Positions 36,274 to 46,597 are shown, counted from the first letter of the stretch. The stretch is DNA of 64,000 nucleotides from Myxococcota bacterium (GCA_965140415.1 OZ223209.1:4512001-4576000); one strand, 5' to 3'. A program made the numbers and translations. Notes: generated by a model from the letters alone, not told the origin.

Positions 36274-38805
36274 ATGGATTTCAGTAGCATCTATCAATTA
36301 CTCGACGACGCCATCGCGCAGTCCGTCTGTTCCGCCGCCTCATTGGTCGTGGTTTACAAAGGGCAACCAGTCTATTCTCAAACGTTTGGGAGCGAGCATG
36401 GCGGCGAAGACGCCCTTTCCTGTGACGACAGCAGCCTTTTCGATCTGGCTTCATTGACCAAGCCGCTGGTGGTCGCTACGTTGACGGCACGCTTCCTGCA
36501 CCAGGATCGACTTAGCCTGAACGAACCGGTCTCCCGCTATCTAGGCGACTGGTCGCATGGTAAAAAAGCGCGTGTGCAGCTTAGACATCTTTTAGAACAC
36601 AGCAGCGGCTTACCTGCCTGGAAGCCCTATTTCGAACAACTGGCGCTGGGCGACAACCCCCGAGCGACTCTGATTCATGCCGTTTCGGCGGAAGAACTGC
36701 AAAGCGAACCGGGCGTAAAGTCCGTGTACAGCGATCTGGATTACATGTTATTGGGAACGATACTGGAACAGGTTGGCGGGGATCGATTGGATCACTTGTT
36801 CCAACAGCACATCTGCGACATCCTTGGAATTACAGACCTCTTTTTCCTGCCACTCGACGAAAAAGAAACTGACACTCGCCTGCAAGGACGTACAATCGTC
36901 GCCACGGAAATCTGCCCACGCCGAGGTCTGCTGCAAGGTCAGGTGCATGACGACAATGCCTTCGTCGTTGGCGGAGTATGCGGACATGCCGGTTTGTTCG
37001 GCACGGCGCAAGCGGTAATGAAACTCCTTCAGCAATGGCAGGCCGCACTGGATGGCAAAGGCCATTTATTCGATCGGCGCTGCGCCCATGCTTTCGTCTA
37101 TCCGCAAGCCAGCCCGCCGCCGCAAAGTTCCTACATTCCCGGCTGGGATCGTCCCGTCTGGAAAACCTCGCAGGCCGGGCGGCATATTTCGCCTCATAGC
37201 ATCGGCCATTTGGGATTTACCGGCGTCTCCGCCTGGCTGGATCACGAACGGCAGGTCGCAGTCGTCTTATTGACGAACCGCGTGCATCCCTCGCGAGACG
37301 ACGAACGCCATATTCCACTGCGACGCGAGATTCATACCCGCATTTTCGAAATTCTTGGAGAAACCGCACCCGGTCCTTTCTGCGCGTTTACCGATCCGAA
37401 TGCGGTCAAGAACGTGCATTTAGTGGGCGTGGCCGGCACCGGAATGGGATCGCTGGCAGGAATGCTAAAAAGTGCCGGTTATAACGTCACCGGATCGGAT
37501 CAGGCGATTTATCCTCCCATGTCTATCCTATTGGAAAAACAGAAGATTCCTGTGAAGCAGCCTTTCGCCTCAGCGAATCTACAACCGCCACCGGATCTGG
37601 CGATTGTGGGCAATGTCTGCACCCGCGATCATGTGGAAGTTGTTGAAATCAAAAGGAAAGATATTCCACACGATTCTTTCGCGGGTACCTTGGAACGGTT
37701 TTTCCTGGCCGGAAAAAAATCGCTGGTTGTGGCAGGAACGCACGGTAAAACCACCACAAGTTCCCTCATGGCGCACCTGTTGGACCAGTGCGAACTGGAC
37801 CCGAGTTTCATGATCGGCGGGCTGGTGCAGAACTTCCACGCCAATTACAAACTGGGTTCGGGAGACTATTTTGTCATTGAAGGCGACGAGTACGATTCCG
37901 CCTATTTCGACAAGTACCCGAAATTTTTGCACTATTGCCCGTTCGGTGCCATCGTGACAAGCATCGAATTCGATCACGCGGACATTTTCGATTCGGTGGA
38001 GAAAATTCAGCAGCATTTTGAATCCTTTGTCAAACTGATCCCTTCAGATGGTGTGTTGGCGGTCTGCTGGGATTATGAGCGCGTTCGCGAAGTCGCCAAA
38101 AAGGCAAATTGCAAAGTACTTCGCTACGGTCAACACCCAGAAGCCGATGTCCGTGCGGAGAACGTTTGCGAAACCGAAGACGGAATTTCCTTCTCGCTGG
38201 TTGCACCTGGCATTCAACCGCAAGCAATGGAACTCCCGATGTCGGGGCGGCACAATCTCGATAACACCCTGGGAGTATTGGCTTTATTGCTCTCACAAGG
38301 ATTGTCTCCGCAAGCACTGGCAAACGGATTGCCCTCGTTTTTAGGTGTGGCCCGGCGTCAGCAGGTGCGCGGCATCGAAAACGGGGTGCGCGTGATCGAC
38401 GATTTCGCCCATCATCCGACCGCCATTGCCGTGACGTTGGCCGGACTTCGTCAGCGCTATCCCAAGGGTCGTTTGCTGGTTGCCTTCGATCCTCGAACCA
38501 ATACCACCAGCCGCAATATTTTTCAAAAGGAACTTTCCGAGTGCTTCTCTTCCGCAGATCTGGTTTGGATCGGCAAGCCGTCGCGTTCCGATCGCATCGC
38601 GCCGGAAGATCGCCTGGACCCGGAGAAACTTGCGAAAGATATTTGCAGCCGGGGCAAAGAGGCTCATCACGTTGCCGAAAGCGAGCAGATCGCTGTTGAA
38701 ATGGCAACCGCCGCCCAGGATCAAGATACAATCGCTGTGCTCAGTAATGGCAGTTTCGGCGGACTGCACGAGAAACTGCTGGAGCAATTGCGCCGGAAAG
38801 CCTGA
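36274..38805 (+). CDS. mpl: Fusion: class C beta-lactamase-like serine hydrolase + murein peptide ligase Mpl
   Basis: N-half has FDLASLTK (SxxK), YSD, HAGLFG and GHLGFTG. C-half has GVAGTGMGSLA, YPPMS, AGTHGKTTT, EGDEYDSAYFDK and DDFAHHPTAI. Single uninterrupted frame. Confidence 0.88.
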   Translation: MDFSSIYQLLDDAIAQSVCSAASLVVVYKGQPVYSQTFGSEHGGEDALSCDDSSLFDLASLTKPLVVATLTARFLHQDRLSLNEPVSRYLGDWSHGKKARVQLRHLLEHSSGLPAWKPYFEQLALGDNPRATLIHAVSAEELQSEPGVKSVYSDLDYMLLGTILEQVGGDRLDHLFQQHICDILGITDLFFLPLDEKETDTRLQGRTIVATEICPRRGLLQGQVHDDNAFVVGGVCGHAGLFGTAQAVMKLLQQWQAALDGKGHLFDRRCAHAFVYPQASPPPQSSYIPGWDRPVWKTSQAGRHISPHSIGHLGFTGVSAWLDHERQVAVVLLTNRVHPSRDDERHIPLRREIHTRIFEILGETAPGPFCAFTDPNAVKNVHLVGVAGTGMGSLAGMLKSAGYNVTGSDQAIYPPMSILLEKQKIPVKQPFASANLQPPPDLAIVGNVCTRDHVEVVEIKRKDIPHDSFAGTLERFFLAGKKSLVVAGTHGKTTTSSLMAHLLDQCELDPSFMIGGLVQNFHANYKLGSGDYFVIEGDEYDSAYFDKYPKFLHYCPFGAIVTSIEFDHADIFDSVEKIQQHFESFVKLIPSDGVLAVCWDYERVREVAKKANCKVLRYGQHPEADVRAENVCETEDGISFSLVAPGIQPQAMELPMSGRHNLDNTLGVLALLLSQGLSPQALANGLPSFLGVARRQQVRGIENGVRVIDDFAHHPTAIAVTLAGLRQRYPKGRLLVAFDPRTNTTSRNIFQKELSECFSSADLVWIGKPSRSDRIAPEDRLDPEKLAKDICSRGKEAHHVAESEQIAVEMATAAQDQDTIAVLSNGSFGGLHEKLLEQLRRKA

Positions 38806-38888
38806 GCGACTCGCTGCCCAATTGAGTTTCGCTGTACTCCACAGGGTTTCAGCATGCGAATCGCTACAATTCAAACCACCGGGATAGA

Positions 38889-38917
38889 TTGACTTTTCCC
38901 ACCGATTCCGCTATGAC
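38889..38917 (+). promoter_or_regulatory. Putative sigma70 promoter
   Basis: TTGACT-17 nt-TATGAC, ~75 nt upstream of the GH36-like gene. Confidence 0.35.
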
Positions 38918-38991
38918 ACCGGGCAGTCCGAGAAACCGTCGCCCTCCATCGATTGCTTCGCTGGCATGGGCGTTTGCCGTGAGGAATAACT

Positions 38992-41901
38992 ATGTTCAAG
39001 CAGCCCCGTTTTCAGCACACTGTAGGCTTTTCCCGTCCGCGCCTCGTTCTTGCCAGGCTTATGGCAATAGTCCTTCTGGCTTTGACGGCCTTGGCCGCAA
39101 GCGGTTGCAGCGACGACTTCGTCATGGTCTGTATGCCCGGCTTGTATCGTTGCGGCGGCGAAGAAGGACACTTGCTGCAACGTTGCGACAGCACGGCGGC
39201 GCGCTGGGAAACGTTGTTAGACTGCCAGGACATGGGCGAGAGATATACCTGCGATCAGGGTTCCTGTGTAAACCCCGATGCCGATGGCGATCAGGATAGC
39301 GAGCAGAGTGAAGAAGAACTGGGCGCTTGTATGGACGATCTGGACTGCCAGGAAACCGCCGCCTGCATCGATGACCTCTGCGTTGAAAACGCCGAAGTTC
39401 GCTACGACCTCGATGTGCGAGGCGCGACTCTGGTTTATCGCAACGACAGCGGGCGCATCGACCTGTACGACACCGATGGCGCATGGCTGCTGAAAGGCGG
39501 CTATGCCGAAACATTATTGGACGAGTTGGACGAAGGCCATTCGCTTGCCACTTCGACCGTTTCCGCCGCCCGACGCAGTGTTAGCACCGGAACGGGACAG
39601 GATCAACTGGGACGTTACGAAGAATTGGAAATCACCCTCGCGGCAGAAGCAAACGAACCGGAAATGCGCTGGGTCATTCGAGGGTATAACGAGCTTGGAT
39701 TTTACACGTTCCGCATTCGCCTGATCAACGACAGCACGGAAACCATACAGATCGCCAAGCTGGCCGTATTGAAGACCGAAGGCTCTGAAAATGGCGGTCT
39801 GTGGCTGGGAAATTCTCCCGCGACGCATCGCATCTGGGAAAACGGCTCCCACACCCTGGCAGATCATGTCGTGGAGATCCGCCCCGGCGACACCCAACCG
39901 GATGTTTTCCTAAGCAGCGCGGCACCGGGCGATTACCAAGGCTACTCCGCTTCCAACTGGAATCACCTGCTCTACGATCTGGACAGCCAGAAAAGCTGGG
40001 TGGCCGGTGCCTTGACCACCGAAACCAGTTCGCCGATCATCAACCTGAGCTACGAAGCAGGCGACTCGCTCACCTCACCCGACGGGCGCTCCTCATTCAG
40101 CTATTTCTCCATGGAAGCCGCCATGCTGCCGCATCCCAAACCGGTTACAGCCGGTGAGCGGTTTTCTTCCGAGCGCTATTACGTGCATCCTTCCAAATCG
40201 AATCCGCTATCGGCTTTGGAAAATTACGCACTGACCACCAAGCAGCAAATGGGCATCGTGCTATGGACCGAACGCAAAAAAGGCAACCGTGTTCCCAACG
40301 GCTGGAACAGTTGGAGCGGATCGAGCCTCACCGGCGGCTACGGCACGGATATTACCGAAGAGATCATCCTGGCCAATCTGGACGTCATGGCCAGCGAATT
40401 CAAGGACTGGGGCATAGACTGGTTCCAGGTGGACGACGGCTACCAGTCCGCCTACGGCGATTGGTGGTGGCGCGAAGATCGTTTCCCGCACGGACCGAAA
40501 TGGCTTTCGGATCAGATTCGTGCGCGCGGTTTCAAGCCCGGCTTGTGGATGGCTCCCTTCACTTTCAAGGAAAACAGCGAAACTGCCGAAGCACACCCGA
40601 ACTGGATTGCGGACAAATCTCCCGCCGGAGCCTTGTTGGCCACCCAATACGATCTGATGGATCTGACAAACCCCGAGGCGCGCGACCACATCCGGGAACT
40701 GTTCCGAACCTTCACCGAAGACTGGGGCTTTGACTGGCTGAAAATGGACTTTTCCTACTGGGCGCTTTTAGGAGACAATTTCTACGATCCCAGCCAGACC
40801 CGCGAAGAAGCGTATCGTTCGGCGGCAGGAATCATCCGCGAGCAACTGGGCGATGACCGTTTCTTCCTGGCCGTCTCGGCCATGGGCGCGCATTACGGAA
40901 TCGCCGATGCGGATCGCATCACGATGGACAATGCACCGGTTTGGGATTTCGAACCCGGAATGGACGCTGAAGATCGATTCAACCAACAGGGAATGAAACC
41001 GACCATGCGCACCGTGGCGCGGCGATACTATCTGCACAATCGCTTGTGGATCAACCACCCGGATCTGATCATCTTCCGGTCCAATACGAAAGACGACACC
41101 TGGCCGCGCATCAGCTTCCAGGAAACACAGGCTTTCTGTAGTTTCGTGGGCTTATCCGGCGGCATCGTGAAAATGGGCGACAAACTGGTGGACATGGGTG
41201 TCCAGGAAATCAACGCCGTACGCAAACTGTTGCCCATTTACGGCAAGGGCGCGCGTCCATTGGATATTCTGGAACGCGAATACCCGCAAGTATGGCACCT
41301 GCCGATCTCTTCGACACTCGACGGCTACGGCGAAACCTACGACGTTATCGGTCTGTTTAACTGGGGCATGAACTGGGATATGACACAGAACCCCTACGTC
41401 TATCAACCCGACGAGTTGCAGCCCGTCACGTACAACGAAGATCTGCGCCGCTTCAACCTGGATGCAAGCAGCAGCTATCTGGCGTATGAATTCTGGACCG
41501 AAACCTTCCTGGGCGAGTTGACCGAAGGGACGTTGCAACTGGAAGTGCCCTCCCATGCTGCACGCGTCGTGGCGTTGCGCAAGAAAACCGGTGTGCCGCA
41601 GTTTTTGGGCTGGAACCGACAGATCACCATGGGCGCAACCGATTTGAAATCGGTATCATTCGACACGTTTGAAAACAGCCTGACTGTCAGTACAAAGGTC
41701 GCCAAGGATACACCGCGCGCGCCCTTTACCTATCGGATGTCGTTTTACGTGCCAGAAGGATACGCGTTCGACAGCGCTTCCTATTCGGGGGACGCCGTAA
41801 GCTATCACGAAGAGAAAACGGAACGTGGCGGACGCCTGCTGAAAATCGCCTTTATTCCCACCAAAACCGGCAACGTAACGGTGACTCTGGCGTTTAAGTA
41901 A
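38992..41901 (+). CDS. Lipoprotein glycoside hydrolase, clan GH-D (GH36/GH27 alpha-galactosidase-like), Cys-rich N-terminus
   Basis: Lipobox ASGC, and GWNSW, FQVDDGYQ, GLWMAPF, WLKMDF and WINHPD motifs. Confidence 0.8.
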   Translation: MFKQPRFQHTVGFSRPRLVLARLMAIVLLALTALAASGCSDDFVMVCMPGLYRCGGEEGHLLQRCDSTAARWETLLDCQDMGERYTCDQGSCVNPDADGDQDSEQSEEELGACMDDLDCQETAACIDDLCVENAEVRYDLDVRGATLVYRNDSGRIDLYDTDGAWLLKGGYAETLLDELDEGHSLATSTVSAARRSVSTGTGQDQLGRYEELEITLAAEANEPEMRWVIRGYNELGFYTFRIRLINDSTETIQIAKLAVLKTEGSENGGLWLGNSPATHRIWENGSHTLADHVVEIRPGDTQPDVFLSSAAPGDYQGYSASNWNHLLYDLDSQKSWVAGALTTETSSPIINLSYEAGDSLTSPDGRSSFSYFSMEAAMLPHPKPVTAGERFSSERYYVHPSKSNPLSALENYALTTKQQMGIVLWTERKKGNRVPNGWNSWSGSSLTGGYGTDITEEIILANLDVMASEFKDWGIDWFQVDDGYQSAYGDWWWREDRFPHGPKWLSDQIRARGFKPGLWMAPFTFKENSETAEAHPNWIADKSPAGALLATQYDLMDLTNPEARDHIRELFRTFTEDWGFDWLKMDFSYWALLGDNFYDPSQTREEAYRSAAGIIREQLGDDRFFLAVSAMGAHYGIADADRITMDNAPVWDFEPGMDAEDRFNQQGMKPTMRTVARRYYLHNRLWINHPDLIIFRSNTKDDTWPRISFQETQAFCSFVGLSGGIVKMGDKLVDMGVQEINAVRKLLPIYGKGARPLDILEREYPQVWHLPISSTLDGYGETYDVIGLFNWGMNWDMTQNPYVYQPDELQPVTYNEDLRRFNLDASSSYLAYEFWTETFLGELTEGTLQLEVPSHAARVVALRKKTGVPQFLGWNRQITMGATDLKSVSFDTFENSLTVSTKVAKDTPRAPFTYRMSFYVPEGYAFDSASYSGDAVSYHEEKTERGGRLLKIAFIPTKTGNVTVTLAFK

Positions 41902-41923
41902 GGCATAAACAAAAGGTTCAACC

Positions 41924-42724
41924 ATGACGACTCCCACTCCAGAAAGCATCCTGACCGCCCTGCGCGAAGGTCATCCGCTGGTGCACAACATCACCAATTA
42001 CGTGGTCATGAACTCCACCGCCAACGCATTGCTGGCCGCCGGAGCCTCACCCGTAATGGCGCATGCGCCGGAAGAAATGCGCGAGATGGCTTCGATCGCG
42101 CAGGCGCTGGTTCTGAACATCGGCACGCTTTCCAGCCCGTGGATTCAAGCCATGCATTTAGCGGGTGAAACGGCGGCTGAACGCGGGATTCCCATTGTTT
42201 TGGACCCGGTAGGCGCGGGAGCAACGACACTACGTACCGACACCTCGCGCACGCTGCTGGCAACCCTGCCGATTACAGCTATTCGCGGTAACGCCAGTGA
42301 AGTGCTGGCGGTGGCGGGCGAAAACATCACGACACGCGGAGTGGATAGCACCGCCGGTTCCAACGAAGCCGTAGAAGCCGCAAAAAGCATCGCCGCCAAA
42401 TACAAGCTGACGGTAGTCATCACCGGTGAAACGGACATCGTCACCGACGGCGAACGCACCGCCCTGATAAAAAACGGTCACCCGCTGATGGGTCGCGTTA
42501 CCGGCACCGGTTGTTCGGCAACCGCGTTATTAGGAGCTTTTCTCGCCATTGAAAAAGATGCCGTTGCGGCAGGCTGCACGATGTTGGCCTATTATGGCCT
42601 GGCCGGTGAACGCGCAGCCGAGAAAGCCCAGGGACCGGGCACCTTCTGGCCATTACTACTGGATCAGCTTTATTCCATCACCCCGCAGGATCTCGCCGCA
42701 GGTGCGCGCATCAGCTATCTTTAG
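41924..42724 (+). CDS. thiM: Hydroxyethylthiazole kinase
   Basis: PLVHNITNYV, NIGTL, LDPVGAGAT, RGNASE and VTGTGC motifs. Confidence 0.96.
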   Translation: MTTPTPESILTALREGHPLVHNITNYVVMNSTANALLAAGASPVMAHAPEEMREMASIAQALVLNIGTLSSPWIQAMHLAGETAAERGIPIVLDPVGAGATTLRTDTSRTLLATLPITAIRGNASEVLAVAGENITTRGVDSTAGSNEAVEAAKSIAAKYKLTVVITGETDIVTDGERTALIKNGHPLMGRVTGTGCSATALLGAFLAIEKDAVAAGCTMLAYYGLAGERAAEKAQGPGTFWPLLLDQLYSITPQDLAAGARISYL

Positions 42725-42755
42725 CAGATCGACATTCTGCTAACCGGAGACGACC

Positions 42756-43406
42756 ATGCCCGTTTTCGACTTCGACCTGTCCGTATACCTCGTCACCGAC
42801 CGTCGCCTGCTGCGTGGACGCAGCCTGACCGACACGGTGGAACGTGCGCTAATCGGCGGCACGACCATCGTGCAGTTGCGAGAAAAGCAGACAGAGGATG
42901 CAGAAGCCATCGAACTCGGACGCAAACTACTGAAATTGTGCAATCACTACAACGCCGCCCTGATCGTCAACGACCATCTCGACTGGTGCAAGGCCATCGG
43001 CGCCCACGGCCTGCACATCGGGCAGCAGGACGAAAGCCCGGCGCACATCCGAAATTTGCTCGGCCCGGACAAGATCCTGGGTGTATCGGTCAGCACCGTC
43101 AATGAAGCACTGGCCGCCAAGCAAGATGGGGCGGATTACATCAGTGTCAGTCCCGTTTACGACACCCCAACCAAAACCGACACCCCAACCGCCGCCGGGC
43201 TGGATGGCCTGCGAGCCATCCGCAAAGCCGTAGATACTCCCCTGGTGGGCATCGGCGGCCTGGATTTGCATAACAGTTACGACGCCATTTACGCCGGGCT
43301 GGATGGCGTTTCGGTGATTCGCGCCATTCTGGACACCCCCGACCCGGCGGATGCGGCAAGAGACCTGGCGGAAGTGGTCGCACGCGCCAAGCGCGACAGA
43401 AGGTAA
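42756..43406 (+). CDS. thiE: Thiamine-phosphate synthase
   Basis: YLVTD, VQLREK, IVND, HIGQQD, TPTK and IGG motifs. Confidence 0.95.
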   Translation: MPVFDFDLSVYLVTDRRLLRGRSLTDTVERALIGGTTIVQLREKQTEDAEAIELGRKLLKLCNHYNAALIVNDHLDWCKAIGAHGLHIGQQDESPAHIRNLLGPDKILGVSVSTVNEALAAKQDGADYISVSPVYDTPTKTDTPTAAGLDGLRAIRKAVDTPLVGIGGLDLHNSYDAIYAGLDGVSVIRAILDTPDPADAARDLAEVVARAKRDRR

Positions 43407-43527
43407 GGACTCGATTCCCACATCACATCCACATACTCGGATGAAATCGCCAAGTTAATCCATCTATGCTATGCTCGGGTACATCCCGGCAGGTGAATAA
43501 ACAGCCCGAGAGGAGAATGCGACCATC

Positions 43528-45414
43528 ATGTGTGGAATTCACGGCATCATCAGCCAGGAATTGACACGCCCCGAATTACGCGAGCGCCTGCGGCGCATGG
43601 GCGAGGTGCAACGGCATCGCGGTCCCGACGACATGGCGGTGGACGTTCACAAAACCCCAACAGCCAGAGTGGGGCTGGGGTTCGTGCGGCTGTCGATTCT
43701 GGATCTTGAAACCGGTATGCAACCGATCCAGCACCCGGTGGACGAATGCAGCATTATCTGCAACGGACAGATTTATAATTACATCGAACTGCGCGAAGAG
43801 CTGAAAGACGAACAATTCCGCACTCAGGGCGACATGGAAGTGGGCTTGAACGCCTACCGGCGTTTTGGAATCGACTTTCTGAATCGATTGAACGGCATGT
43901 ATGCCGGTGCGATTTACGATCCTCGTGAAAAGAAACTACTGCTTTTCCGCGACCGCTTCGGCATCAAACCGCTGTACTATGCCCAATTCGGCGAACGCTT
44001 TGTTTTCGCTTCGGAAATCAAACCGCTGCTTGCCGATTCCGACATCGCCCCCGAATTGAACCGGGAGCGGCTGGCAACCTATTTTTCCTATCGCTACGTT
44101 CCCGGTGAACAGACCCTGTTCAAAGGCATCAAAAAGCTGCCGCCGGGCTCGTTTTTAGAATACGATCTGCAATCGCATACCTACCAGATTCAGCGCTATT
44201 GGTCCTACGATTTGCAGGAACCGGATGACGGTCTGACGCCCGAACTGGCCGAAGAAGGTTTTTTAGAGCTTTTTCAGGACGCCGTGCGCATCCGGCTGCG
44301 CAGCGATGTCGAAGTCGGAAGCTTAATCAGCGGCGGCATCGACTCCTCGGCGGTCGCCTCACAGGCTGCACGGGAAAAACCCGGCATTCGCCTGTTCACC
44401 ATCGGTTTCGAGGAAGCGCTATACAACGAATTGACCAGCGTACAGCGCTTCGTTTCAAATCATTCCGACCGCTTCGACTCCCAACGCTTCCACCACCGCA
44501 CCTGCGGCAAAGACATGCTGCAAAATCTGACAGAGATCGTGCGGGCGGTGGAAGAACCAATCTGCCTGGGTGCGATGCTGCCCACAGATCAGGTCTGCAA
44601 GCTGTCCTCGGAGCGCGTCAAGGTGGTGCTGACCGGAGAAGGCGCGGACGAAATCTTCAGTGGATACCGCAAGTTCCTGATCGAAGCCGCCGCCCATGAT
44701 TATCCCGGACTTGGCGCAACCGAACAACGACGTCTACGCGAATTATACCCGGAGTTGGAGCCGTATCTGGCGGTGCGCGATCCGGACCCGATCAAGCGCT
44801 ATATCCAAAGCGAGTTGCTTTTTGGCACCAACGACCGGAAACGGCTACTGGGAGCGGATATTCCAGACGACGGGCCGCCTATCGACGCTCTACCGAAGTT
44901 GCCGGACGGGCTGCATCCACTATTGGCAGCACAGGCCATGGAAAGTCGCTTCCGTCTGCCGGATTACGTGATTTTGAGGCTGGACAAGCTCTCCATGCGG
45001 CATTCGCTGGAAACCCGTACGCCGTTTCTGGATTACCGTCTGGCCGAATTTGCCGCCAAGCTACCGATATCACTAAAGGTTGATGTAATGCAGGCGGAAG
45101 AAAAAGCGATTTGCCGCCGCTCCTTCCTACATTCCGGAATATTGGACCTGGATACGGTATCCAGGAAAAAGCAGCCGTTTACCATCCCCTTGGCAGACTG
45201 GCTGAGCGAACCGGAAAGCCTGCCGGAACGACTACAGGAGATCCTGCTGGGCGATGTCATCAAGCAGCAGGGCATCCTGGACCCGGAACTGACCAGCGAA
45301 CTCGTTCGCAGCGTCTCGACACAGGGCGTCGGTCCTGCTACACTGGTCAGCAATGCCGACCGGGTCTTTTCCGTATTGATCTTTTCCCTGTGGGCAGATG
45401 AGTTTTTGACTTGA
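43528..45414 (+). CDS. asnB: Asparagine synthetase (glutamine-hydrolysing)-family amidotransferase
   Basis: N-terminal MCGI, HRGPD, RDRFGIKPLYY, SGGIDSS, LTGEGADE and ETRTPFLD motifs. Confidence 0.9.
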   Translation: MCGIHGIISQELTRPELRERLRRMGEVQRHRGPDDMAVDVHKTPTARVGLGFVRLSILDLETGMQPIQHPVDECSIICNGQIYNYIELREELKDEQFRTQGDMEVGLNAYRRFGIDFLNRLNGMYAGAIYDPREKKLLLFRDRFGIKPLYYAQFGERFVFASEIKPLLADSDIAPELNRERLATYFSYRYVPGEQTLFKGIKKLPPGSFLEYDLQSHTYQIQRYWSYDLQEPDDGLTPELAEEGFLELFQDAVRIRLRSDVEVGSLISGGIDSSAVASQAAREKPGIRLFTIGFEEALYNELTSVQRFVSNHSDRFDSQRFHHRTCGKDMLQNLTEIVRAVEEPICLGAMLPTDQVCKLSSERVKVVLTGEGADEIFSGYRKFLIEAAAHDYPGLGATEQRRLRELYPELEPYLAVRDPDPIKRYIQSELLFGTNDRKRLLGADIPDDGPPIDALPKLPDGLHPLLAAQAMESRFRLPDYVILRLDKLSMRHSLETRTPFLDYRLAEFAAKLPISLKVDVMQAEEKAICRRSFLHSGILDLDTVSRKKQPFTIPLADWLSEPESLPERLQEILLGDVIKQQGILDPELTSELVRSVSTQGVGPATLVSNADRVFSVLIFSLWADEFLT

Positions 45415-45432
45415 GCAACGTAGAGGTTCACC

Positions 45433-46413
45433 GTGAGTAGTATGTTGAAAAAACAAGAGCGATTAGACAACTTTACCGATCAGTTATTGAATCTGTTACA
45501 AACCCAACTGGCCGACCGTTCCCGCCATGCACCGCGCAGTTTCGGCTTTGAGATCGAATTCTTACCGGTGGAACCGATGACCGCCGAAACGCTCGCCGGG
45601 ATACAGGATATCCTGCCTGAGATTGGTTTTTACAGCCTATCGGATCGCTGGGAGCATGAAAGCGGGCTGTTTATCACTTTCGAACCGGGTGGACAGATCG
45701 AGTTCTGTAGCCCACCTTTACTGGCCCATGAAACCGAACGCCTGGACGATCTACTCAAGCTGATCTGTGACAGCCTAATCGACATTCGCAGGCGCACCGG
45801 AGTCGATTTCGTAGCGCAAGGCTATCTGCCCGGTCGCGACACGGCCCCGATGCTGTTGACCAGCGAGCGCTATCGCCGCATGCACGAGCGCATGGCCTAC
45901 ACGGGTCAACGTGGACGCGACATGATGAAAGGCACCGCATCCATTCACCTACATGTGGGGTTCAATCATCTGGAGGAACTGCCGCTGTTGTTTCAGTCGC
46001 TGTGTGAACTGTCACAGACGATGACCTTCGGCATGTCCGATGTACGCAGAAAAATCTGGAACAGCACCGATCCAAGCCGCTGCGGTCTGATCCCCATGAA
46101 ATGGGATGAATCCTTGAGCCCGCGCGATTTCTTACGAGGCATCGTTGACACCGCACTTAAGGCGGAAGATCTTTACACCGACCGCCCCGCCTATGAGCTT
46201 GAAGAATTGAGCTTCCGCGACTTTCTTGTACACTTGACCACACTGTTTACCGACGTGCGCCTGAATTTGAAAGGCCCCAGTGTAGAACTGCGCACCCCGG
46301 ACAGTCTCCCGTTGGACTGGTTCGGTGAAAAGTGGGATCGCTTCGTGCAACTCTTCGACCATCAACAGGAATCCCCCTGTCACCACTGTACGTCTTCCCG
46401 CGCGATCAGGTAA
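45433..46413 (+). CDS. Glutamate-cysteine ligase family (GCS2/EgtA-like) protein, compact and divergent
   Basis: GFEIEF, EPGGQIEF.SPP, MMKGTASIH, DPSRCG, HLTTLFTDVR and ELR motifs. Confidence 0.8.
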   Translation: MSSMLKKQERLDNFTDQLLNLLQTQLADRSRHAPRSFGFEIEFLPVEPMTAETLAGIQDILPEIGFYSLSDRWEHESGLFITFEPGGQIEFCSPPLLAHETERLDDLLKLICDSLIDIRRRTGVDFVAQGYLPGRDTAPMLLTSERYRRMHERMAYTGQRGRDMMKGTASIHLHVGFNHLEELPLLFQSLCELSQTMTFGMSDVRRKIWNSTDPSRCGLIPMKWDESLSPRDFLRGIVDTALKAEDLYTDRPAYELEELSFRDFLVHLTTLFTDVRLNLKGPSVELRTPDSLPLDWFGEKWDRFVQLFDHQQESPCHHCTSSRAIR

Positions 46414-46530
46414 AAAAACGTAAACGACCTTTTACCTTTTTCAGAACATGATTGGATTGAATGGCAATCCGGTATACATGATTTGTCGGCTCCGTTGAAG
46501 CCGATCGACCTGGAAAGTTCCATAAAGCAG

Positions 46531-46563
46531 AAAAAAGCGGGAACCCAGAAGAGTTCCCGCTTT
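46531..46563 (-). terminator. Rho-independent (probably bidirectional) terminator
   Basis: aaagcgggaac-loop-gttcccgcttt with A/T tracts, between convergent genes. Confidence 0.75.
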
Positions 46564-46597
46564 CATTAGAACTTGTTTCGGCTAATGCCGATTAAGC

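Noticed and set aside
36274-37350. Beta-lactam resistance gene
   Set aside because: No signal peptide, fused to Mpl and in a peptidoglycan-recycling context; the SxxK fold alone does not imply beta-lactamase activity.
43528-45414. AsnB as a lasso-peptide cyclase
   Set aside because: It has an intact N-terminal Cys glutaminase domain, and no B1/B2 proteins or precursor peptide are nearby.
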